This document shows, one piece after another, positions 50,701 to 59,686 of a stretch of DNA of 59,686 nt (positions are counted from its first letter, which is position 1; every line of letters starts with the position of its first letter). The position numbers and the translations under genes were made by a program. The notes under the pieces are model-generated. The model saw only the letters and a program-made list of their open reading frames with translations. It was not told where the DNA came from and did no database searches. This stretch comes from an uncultured virus (IMG/VR IMGVR_UViG_3300042888_001691) (Duplodnaviria > Heunggongvirae > Uroviricota > Caudoviricetes). The stretch lies in IMG/VR virus record IMGVR_UViG_3300042888_001691. One strand, 5' to 3'.

Positions 50701-53700
50701 ACCTGTGACTCGTGTATTAGCAGTGCTAAAATTAGTAGCAACCAGTGTAGTTACATTGCCATTTGTGGCATTGACAGTTGGTGCAGTTAGTGTTGTAATA
50801 TTACCAGTGGTAGCATTTAGTATGGTAGTATTGGTAGTTTGCGCATTAATTGTTGGCGCAGTTAGTGTTGTAATATTACCAGTGGTAGCATTTACAGTGG
50901 CGGCATTAGTGGTATACGAATCAACAGTGGCTGCATTGGCAGTGGTAAAATTACCAGTGTTGGCGGTGGTTTCACCAATTGCAGTACCATCAATATATCC
51001 ACCATTGATTACTGCATTGCCTGTACTAAAATTAGTAATTGATGCAGTAGTGCCGTATAGTCTGGTCATTCCAGTTATGTCGCCACCTGTCACTTGTGCA
51101 TTGGCTGTGCTAAAGTTAGTAATTGATCCAGTAGTGCCGTATAGTCTGGTCATTCCAGTTATGTCGCCGCCTGTCACTTGTGCATTACCAGTACCAAAAT
51201 TGGTGATCAGTCCAGTAGTGCCGTATAGTCTGGTCATTCCAGTTATGTCGCCACCTGTCACTTGTGCATTACCAGTACCAAAATTGGTTGCAACCAAAGT
51301 GGTTACGTTACCGTTGATAACATTAGCAGTTTGTGCTTCAGCAGTAGTAAACACACCGGTACTTGGCGTAGTGTTACCAATTGGAGTGTTATCAATTGTG
51401 CCGCCGGTAATTACTACGTTATTGGTGCTAAAGTTCGATATGTTGTAAAGATTGCCACCATTTATTTCTGCTGTGTTTGCACTTAAACTAATAACATTGG
51501 CGTTGATGCCTTCTAGATTGGTTGCCTGCACCCAACTAATAGCAGTAATGTTGCCACCAGTAATAATTGCATTTCCGCTACTGAAGTTAGTAGTGACCAG
51601 TGTAGTAACGCCAGCAGTTGTAAAATTACCAGTGTTGGCAGTGGTTGCACCAATTGCAGTACCATCAATATATCCACCTGTTATTCGTGCATTGGCTGTA
51701 CCAAAGTTAGTGATCAACCCGGTAGTGCCGTATAGTCTAGTCATTCCAACTATATCGCCGCCTGTGACTTGTGCATTGCCAGAACTTAGATTTCCAACAA
51801 ATCCTGTCAGGATGTTGGCAGATGTTAAGTTAATTGAATTTAGTTCTATTGTTGTAAAATTAACTTTCTTGTTAAAGTTCCAACTGTCATCTGCGTTTAA
51901 GTAAATGATTGTGGCGCCGGCGCCATCAACAGTCAATCCGGCGCCGTTGGCTGCAGCAGCAGAAGCAGCACCTTTGGCCACTGTGACGTTTAAATCTGCA
52001 ACATCTAGGGTTTGCGAATTAACTGTTGTAACTGTACCTTGAACTGTTAAGTTTCCTGTCACAGTAATGTTGCCACCAACATTTAAGTTGGCACCAATAC
52101 CAACACCACCAGTTACTACTACAGCGCCAGTTGTAGTATTGTCTGATTGTGTTGCAGCAGTAAATGTGGTTGCCCCAGTTGCAGTTAATGTAGTAAAGGC
52201 ACCAGTTGCCTTGGTGTTTGCACCAATTGGCGTGTTATCTAAGTATCCGCCAGTAACTACTGCATTACCTGTGCTGAAGTTTGTTGTTTGTGTCGTTGTA
52301 GCAGTTAAGTTAGACAATCCATTTACGTAACCACCTGTAACTACTGCATTAGCAGTGCTAAATCCGGTTGTTACAGCAAGTGTTGCAATATTACCTGCAG
52401 TAGCATTTAATGTGGCAGTATACCAAGATCCAACATTACCAGTGGTAGCAGTTATATTTGCTAATCCGTTTATATAACCACCAGTAATAACTGCATTAGC
52501 TGTGTTTAAACTTGTTGCAAATAATGGGCCACTAATATTAGCTGCACTTGCATTCAATGTGGCAGCATACCAAGACCCAACGTTACCAGTTGTAGCAGTT
52601 ATATTAGCTAATCCACTTAGATAACCGCCAGTAACGACTGCATTGGCTGTTGATAGATTGGCAAACTGGGCAGTAGTTGCAGTAATATTAGCAAGACTGT
52701 TTATGTATCCGCCGGTAATAACTGCATTGGCTGTGTTTAAACTGCCCAATGCAACTGCGCCGGTAATGTTTGCATCTGTAGCATTTAATGTGGCAGTATA
52801 CCAAGATCCAACATTACCAGTGGTAGCAGTTATATTTGCTAATCCACTTAGATAACCACCAGTAACGACTGCATTACCTGTACTAAGATTTGTTGTTTGT
52901 GTTGTGGTTGCAGTTAGGTTTGCTAGACTGTTTATGTAGCCACCAGTAACGACTGCATTGGCTGTACTAAAGTTTGTTGTTTGTGTTGTGGTTGCAGTTA
53001 GGTTTGCTAGACTGTTTATGTAACCGCCAGTGACGACTGCGTTGGCTGTACTAAAATTAGTTGCAACTAATGTTGTTGCTTTGCTGTTTATTGCATTGGC
53101 GGTTGTTGTGTTAACTGTTTGAGCATTTGCAGTTGTAAATGTGGCTTCTGCTGCTGTGTTTGCGCCAATTGGAAAATTGTCTGCATATCCACCTGTTACT
53201 TGTGCATTGCCTGTGCTAAAATTGGTAATTGATCCAGTTGTGCCATATAGCCTGGTCATTCCAGTTATGTCGCCACCTGTTACTTGTGCGTTGCCAGTAC
53301 CAAAATTAGTAATCAGTCCAGTTGTGCCGTATAGTCTGGTCATTCCAGTTATATCACCACCTGTTACTTGGGCATTGGCTGTGCTAAAATTGGTAATCAA
53401 TCCGGTTGTGCCGTATAGTCTAGTCATTCCAACTATATCACCACCTGTGACTTGTGCATTGGCTGTGCTAAAATTAGTAGCAACCAAAGTGGTTGCTCGG
53501 CTGTCAGTGATGTTGCCTGTGGTGGCATTTACGGTAGCGGCATTGACAGTATATGCATCAACTGTGGCAGCATTGGCAGTGGTAAAGTTACCAGTGCTGG
53601 CTGTGTTAGCTCCAATTGGAAAATTGTCTGCATATCCACCAGTAATGCGAGCATTGGCTGTACTGAAGTTTGTAGAAACCAAGGTTGTAATATTACCTGC

Positions 53701-55437
53701 AGTGGAATTGACGCCCCACACTGTTAGATTACCTAATGTTAATGCAGTGATGTTGGCACTGGTAGCATTTAGTCCCCATGTGGTCACATTGCCAGCATTG
53801 ACAGTTGGTGATGTCAGGGTTGTAATATTACCGGTGGTGGCATTTACAGTGGTGGCGTTGGTGGTATACGAATCAACTGTGGCAGTATTGGCAGTGGTAA
53901 AGTTACCAGTGCTGGCGGTGTTAGCTCCAATTGGAAAATTGTCTGCATATCCACCAGTTACTCGTGCATTGGCAGTGCTAAAGTTTGAAACAACCAATGT
54001 AGTTGCAACTCCACCTGTAATATTGGCTGCACTTGTGTTTAACGTGGCAGTGGTTGTAGTACCAGCAGCTAGTGTGGTAACGTTACCGCTAGTAGCATTA
54101 ACTCCCCAGGCGGTAACGTTACCAGCATTAATAGTTGGTACAGTTAGTGTAGTAACATTGGCACTAGATATGTTAATTGCTGTGATATTGGCTGTATAAC
54201 CAGTGTATGTTGTAGCATTGGCAGTGGTAAAGTTACCTGTGTTGGCTGTGGTTGCACCAATTGCAGTACCATCAATGCCGCCACCTGTGATTACTGCGTT
54301 ACCAGAGCTAAAGTTATTGGCAACCAGTGTAGTAGCTTGGCTGTTTGTGATATTGGCTGTGGTAGCATTGACAGTGGTGGCATTGACAGTATATGCATCA
54401 ACAGTGGCAGTATTGGCCGTGGTAAAATTACCAGTACTTGCTGTGGTTGCACCAATTGCGGTTCCATTAACACTACCACCTGTTATAACTGCGTTAGCAG
54501 AGCTAAAATTTGTAACTACTAGAGTACCTGCAGAGCCACCTGTGATGTTAGCTGCTGTTGTGTTTAAGGTAGCGGTAGTGGTGGTAGCAGCACCCAATGT
54601 GGTGATGTTGCCAGTGCTAGCATTTAGGGTAGCAATTGTAGCAGTAGTTCCATTTATAGAACCTAATACAGTGAGTGCATTGCCAATGAGTACGGCGCCT
54701 CCAATATATGCACCGCCTGTTGAGACCTGAAGTGCGCCAGTGTTAGCGCCAGTGTTGTCTGTGGCAACACTAATTGTGATCACACCACCAATGTTGGTAT
54801 CTCCCACTATGCCGGCGCCGCCTTTGACAACCAGGGCACCAGTGGTGGTATTTGTACTTGATGTGGTTGCATTGGCCACAATATTGCCGCCAAATATGCC
54901 GGTTAATGTGGTACTTAGGCTGGTAAACGCACCAGTGCTCGGAGTAGCATTACCAACCGGAGTGTTGTTGATACTGCTAAATGATGCTGTTCCGGCTGAG
55001 AGGCTATATATAGACGTAATATTACCAGCAATAATATTGGCGTAGAAATTACGATTCACAGTGCCGGCGGTTGTGCCTGTGTCTGTGGTCAAAATAGGTT
55101 GGAACGCACCATCTGCTTCACGCCATACCCAAGCAGCATTCATACCACCATAATTACCAATACTGCCCAATGCACGATTGATTAGTAATCCTACATCGTA
55201 GGCTGGAGTGCCAGCGTACCCACTGTTGAGCGTAAGTAGCGGATCGTTGACCAGAGTGTCAATTGAATTTACTGTTGTGGTATTTCCGCTAACTGATAAA
55301 TTACCAGCAATGACAACATTAGAATTTAATGTAAGATTTGGGTTAAACAGACCACCAGTAAGTGTACCAGATGCAATTTTTTGAAAGGTAATTGTACTGT
55401 CAGTTATTTGGTTATTCTTAATTCTGGTTACGGCCAT
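47785..55437 (-). CDS. Giant (about 2550 aa) T/N/A/G-rich repetitive fibre protein
   Basis: MAVTRIKNNQITD start; many NFSTANA.VTGG, GATTANTGNFTT and MTRLYGTTG repeats; C-terminal structural modules. Confidence 0.8.
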   Translation of the reverse strand: MAVTRIKNNQITDSTITFQKIASGTLTGGLFNPNLTLNSNVVIAGNLSVSGNTTTVNSIDTLVNDPLLTLNSGYAGTPAYDVGLLINRALGSIGNYGGMNAAWVWREADGAFQPILTTDTGTTAGTVNRNFYANIIAGNITSIYSLSAGTASFSSINNTPVGNATPSTGAFTSLSTTLTGIFGGNIVANATTSSTNTTTGALVVKGGAGIVGDTNIGGVITISVATDNTGANTGALQVSTGGAYIGGAVLIGNALTVLGSINGTTATIATLNASTGNITTLGAATTTTATLNTTAANITGGSAGTLVVTNFSSANAVITGGSVNGTAIGATTASTGNFTTANTATVDAYTVNATTVNATTANITNSQATTLVANNFSSGNAVITGGGIDGTAIGATTANTGNFTTANATTYTGYTANITAINISSANVTTLTVPTINAGNVTAWGVNATSGNVTTLAAGTTTTATLNTSAANITGGVATTLVVSNFSTANARVTGGYADNFPIGANTASTGNFTTANTATVDSYTTNATTVNATTGNITTLTSPTVNAGNVTTWGLNATSANITALTLGNLTVWGVNSTAGNITTLVSTNFSTANARITGGYADNFPIGANTASTGNFTTANAATVDAYTVNAATVNATTGNITDSRATTLVATNFSTANAQVTGGDIVGMTRLYGTTGLITNFSTANAQVTGGDITGMTRLYGTTGLITNFGTGNAQVTGGDITGMTRLYGTTGSITNFSTGNAQVTGGYADNFPIGANTAAEATFTTANAQTVNTTTANAINSKATTLVATNFSTANAVVTGGYINSLANLTATTTQTTNFSTANAVVTGGYINSLANLTATTTQTTNLSTGNAVVTGGYLSGLANITATTGNVGSWYTATLNATDANITGAVALGSLNTANAVITGGYINSLANITATTAQFANLSTANAVVTGGYLSGLANITATTGNVGSWYAATLNASAANISGPLFATSLNTANAVITGGYINGLANITATTGNVGSWYTATLNATAGNIATLAVTTGFSTANAVVTGGYVNGLSNLTATTTQTTNFSTGNAVVTGGYLDNTPIGANTKATGAFTTLTATGATTFTAATQSDNTTTGAVVVTGGVGIGANLNVGGNITVTGNLTVQGTVTTVNSQTLDVADLNVTVAKGAASAAAANGAGLTVDGAGATIIYLNADDSWNFNKKVNFTTIELNSINLTSANILTGFVGNLSSGNAQVTGGDIVGMTRLYGTTGLITNFGTANARITGGYIDGTAIGATTANTGNFTTAGVTTLVTTNFSSGNAIITGGNITAISWVQATNLEGINANVISLSANTAEINGGNLYNISNFSTNNVVITGGTIDNTPIGNTTPSTGVFTTAEAQTANVINGNVTTLVATNFGTGNAQVTGGDITGMTRLYGTTGLITNFGTGNAQVTGGDITGMTRLYGTTGSITNFSTANAQVTGGDITGMTRLYGTTASITNFSTGNAVINGGYIDGTAIGETTANTGNFTTANAATVDSYTTNAATVNATTGNITTLTAPTINAQTTNTTILNATTGNITTLTAPTVNATNGNVTTLVATNFSTANTRVTGGYIDGTAIGATTANTGNFTTANAATVDSYTVNATTVNATTANITTLITPTVDTGNITAWGINATNGNITTVVATNFSTANARVTGGYIDDTAIGATTANTGNFTTANAATVAAYTVNAATVNATAGNITTLTAPTIDAQTTNTTVLNATTGNITTLTAPTIDAQTTNTTVLNATTGNITTLTGVSATFVTTNATNGNITTLVATNFSTANARVTGGYIDGTAVGANTASTGNFTTANAATVDAYTVNAATVNATTANITNGQAITLVANNFSTANARITGGYIDGTAIGATTANSAAFTTVTTSGEAKLTTLNVTANVYLSPQSGVQTVTINPGIIGTIDNMSIGATSAANVYASNFRAATSLWAAPTGPVWIRGGTGTSGINNIPIGAVDPSTAVFTNANAQNLTSTVLNATSGNVTTLFAQNFSTSNIVITGGALTGLSGIYATTGNITNFSTANAQVTGGYADNFPIGANVPATGAFTTLTAVSFTPASIQAQAIGNVTPGTGAFTTLSATSTLIAGGNILNTSNTTTVYTAAAGTANTTGALVITGTGGAAINGNVYVGQGMVINGNKSTHDTIIRGVNERSLVFVVADSTYDQVGIGGNLTAANITQGAKLVVDSQDSILIPVGPSSERPSAKGYTDVDGMMRFNSTSGTLEYYGSGQWNNTGSTFTVITQRTFSSLTGDVNGNVDGTNTAFTLSANSTTNGTLVSINGVLQIPSTAYSVTNDVITFTESPAIGDVIDTRVITTTSTVSSVASPAGFNQFVASNDYLSFYTGNVSLGSVENWRIDTAGDLYPVTTSNIGAPGNRVDYLFVSNINMQGGTLVGATVGGGSLDNTPIGANIAALGSFTSVYVNDGLQVNAAIVTDDVRGKYVAAAGTDAVYSFDKTVYRSGQFFVQLTDNSGGEYQAAEVILVQNGTTASIETYGVTYTGLSQLATFSANIAASTVYLNAISASANLAIKVTPTLMKL

Positions 55438-55502
55438 GTTCAATCCTCTGGTTTTATTGAGTATTTATCCAGATTTTGAAAGTGTGAGAGTTTGGAAAAA
55501 AT

Positions 55503-57437
55503 TTACTGATAGAGTGGCATAAAATATGCCACATTTCCTACATAGACTTTGATCCAGCTGGCCGGGGTTGCAGTATTACCGGGCGTACCAGCGGTAGAAT
55601 TTAGGTTAACATTACCTCCTAAATGCAGATTACCAGCAATACCGGCGCCGCCAGCAACAATTAGTGCTCCGGTTGTTGAACTGGTACTAGATGTTGTTGC
55701 CTGGATGTTGACATTGCCGCCTACATCGCCACCGTAATACGGGGCAATGGCAATACCTGTTGTCAAGTAACGTATTTCAATGATGTCAGTGGTCAGTGGT
55801 GTTTCTGCAAAGGTGATTTGATCAGTTACCACTGTGTATGCACTACCAGGCTGTTGAACTGTACCGTTGATGTTAACTAGAATACCAGCTTCAGTTGTGA
55901 CCTGACTCAGTGTGTAAACTGCATTAACACCGTCAGGATTTATAGTTTCTGTACTGATAGTCTGTGTTGTTGTGGCCCAGGTAGTACCTGCCCAAAACTC
56001 AATGGTATCAAGATCAGTGTTATATCGTAAATACCCAAGATCTGGATTTGGTGGTCTTTGATTGGTTGTACCTGTTGATATTTCTATGGCCGACACAGAA
56101 TCAAATTTGATAATGTTGTTGGGATTGGCCGTGTTGGCTGATATAACTAAATCTGTTGAGTTACTGCGTATGGTATTTGCAGTAATTGTAATTTCTTCTA
56201 GTACTGCGGTAGTACCATTGATGTACGATCCACCTACCACCATGTTGCCGGTATTGACTATGGTTGAAAAATTACCAACTGTGCCGTCAACATTTCCAAT
56301 CAACCAGGCTGCATTAACATTGCCGTCAAACGCGGCAAATGTTCCGGTTATATTACCAGCAATGTTTGCAGTGACATTGCCGCTAGAAATTACAGCATTG
56401 GCTGTACTAAAATTATTTGCTTGAACATCAATGTTGTTTAATACACCACCTGTGATTAATGCATTGGCTGTACTAAAATTATTTGCCTGCAGGTTAACGT
56501 TGTAAATTATACCGCTGGCAATTATGGCGTTAGCAGTGCTAAAATTAGCAGCAACCAGAGTGGTTATATTGCCCACGGTGCTGTTTAACGTGGTAGCATA
56601 CAATGAACTAATGTTTGCTGTCGTAATAGTGGCATTGGTCATTGCAGAAATGTAGCCACCACTAATAACGGCATTAGCGGTACTTACGCTGTTTGCATAC
56701 AAAGGCCCGTATACGTTTGCAGATGAGCTATTGACTTGAGTTGCATACCAACTTGCAACATTTCCGGTTGTAGCAGATATATTAGACATTCCACTGATAG
56801 ATCCGCCAGTCAAGTTGACATTACTGGAGCTTAAATTTCCTGCAAACAGAGTCGAAACATTACCAGTTGTAGCATTTAAATTAGCAATGTTACTGTATCC
56901 GCCAATTCCTTTGGTGCCAACATATCTATAACCAGTTATGAAGATGACTTTAACGGCAGTAAGTGCCGCAGGAATAGTGCCGCCAATAAAGTTTAGCACG
57001 CCTGCTTGGTAGTCAAAGTTCCATTCACCAACTCCGGCGATTCCTGAGTCCGACAATTGAGTGCCGGTCACTGTTGGGTCTGCAGCGGCTGCGGTATCTG
57101 CATACACCTTAACAAAATATGTAGCACCAAATTCTGGAGGAATCCAGTCTGTTGAATTGGTTTTCCAACTTGGATATACACTGCTGATTGGAGTGCTGGT
57201 AGTGTCTGCCACGCACTGTATTCGAGTAGTGGTCTGATACGATTGCACTATACCTGTCACAGCGGCTGCAGTTGCAGGAATCTGATCACTTTGCTGCCAA
57301 ACAGTATCGCCGCGAATCAGAGCTGGACTGGCCGTAGCTTCGTTACTGGGACTTTTGTTCGCAGGTAAATCTGTTTTAGTAACACCAAACAGTTTTTTGT
57401 ATAGTAAATCTACCTTTTGCGAGTCTGATATAGCCAT
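55503..57437 (-). CDS. Virion structural/fibre protein
   Basis: MAISDSQKVDLLYKK; WNFDYQAGVLNF; GTTNQRP...GYLRYNTD; INGTVQ.P..AY module shared with the giant protein. Confidence 0.7.
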   Translation of the reverse strand: MAISDSQKVDLLYKKLFGVTKTDLPANKSPSNEATASPALIRGDTVWQQSDQIPATAAAVTGIVQSYQTTTRIQCVADTTSTPISSVYPSWKTNSTDWIPPEFGATYFVKVYADTAAAADPTVTGTQLSDSGIAGVGEWNFDYQAGVLNFIGGTIPAALTAVKVIFITGYRYVGTKGIGGYSNIANLNATTGNVSTLFAGNLSSSNVNLTGGSISGMSNISATTGNVASWYATQVNSSSANVYGPLYANSVSTANAVISGGYISAMTNATITTANISSLYATTLNSTVGNITTLVAANFSTANAIIASGIIYNVNLQANNFSTANALITGGVLNNIDVQANNFSTANAVISSGNVTANIAGNITGTFAAFDGNVNAAWLIGNVDGTVGNFSTIVNTGNMVVGGSYINGTTAVLEEITITANTIRSNSTDLVISANTANPNNIIKFDSVSAIEISTGTTNQRPPNPDLGYLRYNTDLDTIEFWAGTTWATTTQTISTETINPDGVNAVYTLSQVTTEAGILVNINGTVQQPGSAYTVVTDQITFAETPLTTDIIEIRYLTTGIAIAPYYGGDVGGNVNIQATTSSTSSTTGALIVAGGAGIAGNLHLGGNVNLNSTAGTPGNTATPASWIKVYVGNVAYFMPLYQ

Positions 57438-59678
57438 TTAGTTGCTCGCCGTTTCAAGTGACAATGCTGTTACTGTTTGTCCACTGGTTAATTTAACTCT
57501 CACGTATATTTCATTGGTAGCAGTACTAGAGCTAGATGCTGTGCCAAACGTGCATGTTTTGCTGTGTGCGGTCACTGCTGAATTCAAAGTGACCACACCG
57601 CCTAGAGCACAACCATTGCTGCCGTTTCCGCCAACACCTGCTCCTGGTTGACCGGCGCCAGCATATGCCAAGCTCATGTCTACCCAACCGTTCAGTGTTG
57701 AACTGGTATCAATGCCGCTGCCAGGCAATGCTACCCATAGACCTGCAATTGTTCCAGTAAACTTAACGTTAAACTTGGACACTGAAGTGCGTACAAATCT
57801 AAATGTAAAATATTGTGCTGCAGTACGTCCAGAACTTAGGTTTGGTCCTACCGGCAAGTACCCACTGGAGTAATTTGTTTGATCATGTTTTAACACTGCT
57901 GCAACTATGGTTGCATCATATGTTTCTAATGTGCTGGTTTGACTGTTGAACAAACTGGCGCTGGCAGTATATGCAGGATTATCTGTGCTGCCAGGGTTGA
58001 TGATTCTTGATGCGGTACCTGATCCAGTGCCCACAGTTGACCCAAATGTAACTGTAGTCTCTTCCATTGTACTGGCTGTGCCAGTTTTGTACAACACCGT
58101 TGGGGTTCCGCTCACAATTAATGCACCACTTGCTCCGGACGCATAATTGTTATTGACTGTTAGGCTTGGGCCACTTGCGCTTGATCCAAATCCTGTGGTA
58201 GTTGCTACCGTGGTCTCAATATATGCACTGCCTGAACTTACGTATAGGTTTCTTTCTAGCGGAACAGTAACGCCGGCTGAGGTATATGTGATAGTGCTTG
58301 GTGCAGCAAAAGCGCCTCCAGCGCTGGCAGTCACTAAAGTTGACGACCCTGACGATACTCCCACTGGATAGGTGTCACCACTTAATCTTGCCACATTGGC
58401 TTTGATTCTAAAACTAGTGCTTGAATTAAAATGCGGTATAGTACTTGAATACGTGCTACTATTAGATGTTAGTGCAATACTGGTGTTACTAAATGTTGGT
58501 GTACCCGGGGTTGAATTGTCATAATACCAGGTAATAGTGTTAGTTGTTCCGGCAAGGCTGTGTCTGATGTTAGCACGGTTCCATCCAGCTGGTATAGACG
58601 ATCCGGACAGACTGGCGTTAAAGCTCTGCCAGAATCCGCCTGATCCGCCAATTATTGCCGAATAATCTTGATCGCTGGCAATTACCAAGTTACCATAAGT
58701 GCCATTTTGACTGCCGGTGGTCATTGACACATTTCCAGCAGCATTTCCGTTGAGGTATGCTGTGACTGTTCCTGCGTCACCTGGACCAACAGTGGTGATT
58801 GTACCAGCCACATAGGTGCTGACTCTGGTTGCACTCACTGATGTTCCGGCTGCCACACTCAAGTTGGCCCATCCAGAATTATCTGTTTGTGTAAAATCGG
58901 CAATGCGTCCAGTGGATGTGCTGGTGCTTACACTCAAAGTGCTTGCACCAGGAAATGATGGTGGGCTTGGTGGTACCAGTTTGCCCAATACAAAATTCAG
59001 TTGTGCAATACCATCTGTTACTGTGGTTGTGGTTGTTAATGCCACTGCATTACTGACCAAATATCCTGAGCTATTTGCTCCCATAATAATTGTATTACCA
59101 ACAATATTGGTAATATTGGCTTCTAACGCAGCAATATGAAGATTGGCTGATGCTACGTTAGCATTAATAGCGTCAATGTTTGCCTGCTGGCTACTTGCAT
59201 TACCAACCAACATGTCTATGTTTGAAGATATTACACCAAGATTTGCATCTATGGTTTGTATACGTACATTGGCTGCTGCAATATTTGACTGCAGACTGCT
59301 GATAGCCAAATTGGCTGCAGAAATATTAGAATTTATTACATTGATGACCGCAAAAGAACTAATATTGCCGAATGCCAAATTGCCAGCACCGTCAGTGTAC
59401 AATATAAATTCAGTGCCACCACCAGTTATGACAACATTAGAAATACCACCAAAGTTGATTCTTCCTGTGTTTGAAGATACAACATTTCCTTCAATAACAA
59501 TATTAGATACTTTAACATTGCCCGAGGCATCAAATGAGTATTGTGGAGACGAATTTACTACACCTACACGGCCGTTGTTCACGTCTAGGTATAATAAATT
59601 TGACTCAAAAGCTAAATCAGTACCCTGTCGATCCAGGTTTGAAAATAGCATTGGTCCACTAATACGCCCAATTGCCAT
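57438..59678 (-). CDS. Virion structural/fibre protein
   Basis: MAIGRISGPML.SNL.R.G.DLAFE; coiled-coil segment followed by a beta-rich S/T/G region; GGAG Shine-Dalgarno at the window edge. Confidence 0.7.
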   Translation of the reverse strand: MAIGRISGPMLFSNLDRQGTDLAFESNLLYLDVNNGRVGVVNSSPQYSFDASGNVKVSNIVIEGNVVSSNTGRINFGGISNVVITGGGTEFILYTDGAGNLAFGNISSFAVINVINSNISAANLAISSLQSNIAAANVRIQTIDANLGVISSNIDMLVGNASSQQANIDAINANVASANLHIAALEANITNIVGNTIIMGANSSGYLVSNAVALTTTTTVTDGIAQLNFVLGKLVPPSPPSFPGASTLSVSTSTSTGRIADFTQTDNSGWANLSVAAGTSVSATRVSTYVAGTITTVGPGDAGTVTAYLNGNAAGNVSMTTGSQNGTYGNLVIASDQDYSAIIGGSGGFWQSFNASLSGSSIPAGWNRANIRHSLAGTTNTITWYYDNSTPGTPTFSNTSIALTSNSSTYSSTIPHFNSSTSFRIKANVARLSGDTYPVGVSSGSSTLVTASAGGAFAAPSTITYTSAGVTVPLERNLYVSSGSAYIETTVATTTGFGSSASGPSLTVNNNYASGASGALIVSGTPTVLYKTGTASTMEETTVTFGSTVGTGSGTASRIINPGSTDNPAYTASASLFNSQTSTLETYDATIVAAVLKHDQTNYSSGYLPVGPNLSSGRTAAQYFTFRFVRTSVSKFNVKFTGTIAGLWVALPGSGIDTSSTLNGWVDMSLAYAGAGQPGAGVGGNGSNGCALGGVVTLNSAVTAHSKTCTFGTASSSSTATNEIYVRVKLTSGQTVTALSLETASN

Positions 59679-59686
59679 TTTACTCC

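Noticed and set aside
49109..55045. Long plus-strand ORFs (up to 592 aa, V/L/A/P-rich) opposite the giant fibre gene
   Set aside because: Antisense shadows of Thr/Asn/Ala/Gly codon repeats, which rarely produce stops on the other strand; no RBS or domain motifs.

Overview
This window is part of the virion-morphogenesis region of a large, distantly T4-related myovirus (dsDNA tailed phage), with most genes on the minus strand. From left to right it holds: a terminase large subunit split into two genes by an atypically split intein (the C-terminal gene at <1..990 is missing from the ORF track); an HNH nuclease; a block of putative head-packaged proteins with T4-style targeting and cleavage motifs, including a permuted LysM protein and a GH19 muramidase; a probable small terminase; head completion protein; tail tube and sheath; dNMP kinase; neck proteins; a Nudix hydrolase; and about 34 kb of fibre/adhesin genes. 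Within the fibre array is an AT-rich cassette (RCC1 protein, sulfotransferase-TPR-GT9 fusion, methyltransferase) bounded by direct repeats, with a truncated P-loop kinase at its edge. Two promoter classes are readable: consensus sigma70 promoters, and a recurring TAAATA late motif that is often close enough to the ATG to imply leaderless mRNA. Two hairpins overlap promoters and ribosome-binding sites. All calls come from motif recognition by eye; no database search was run. No tRNA, rRNA or CRISPR array was seen.
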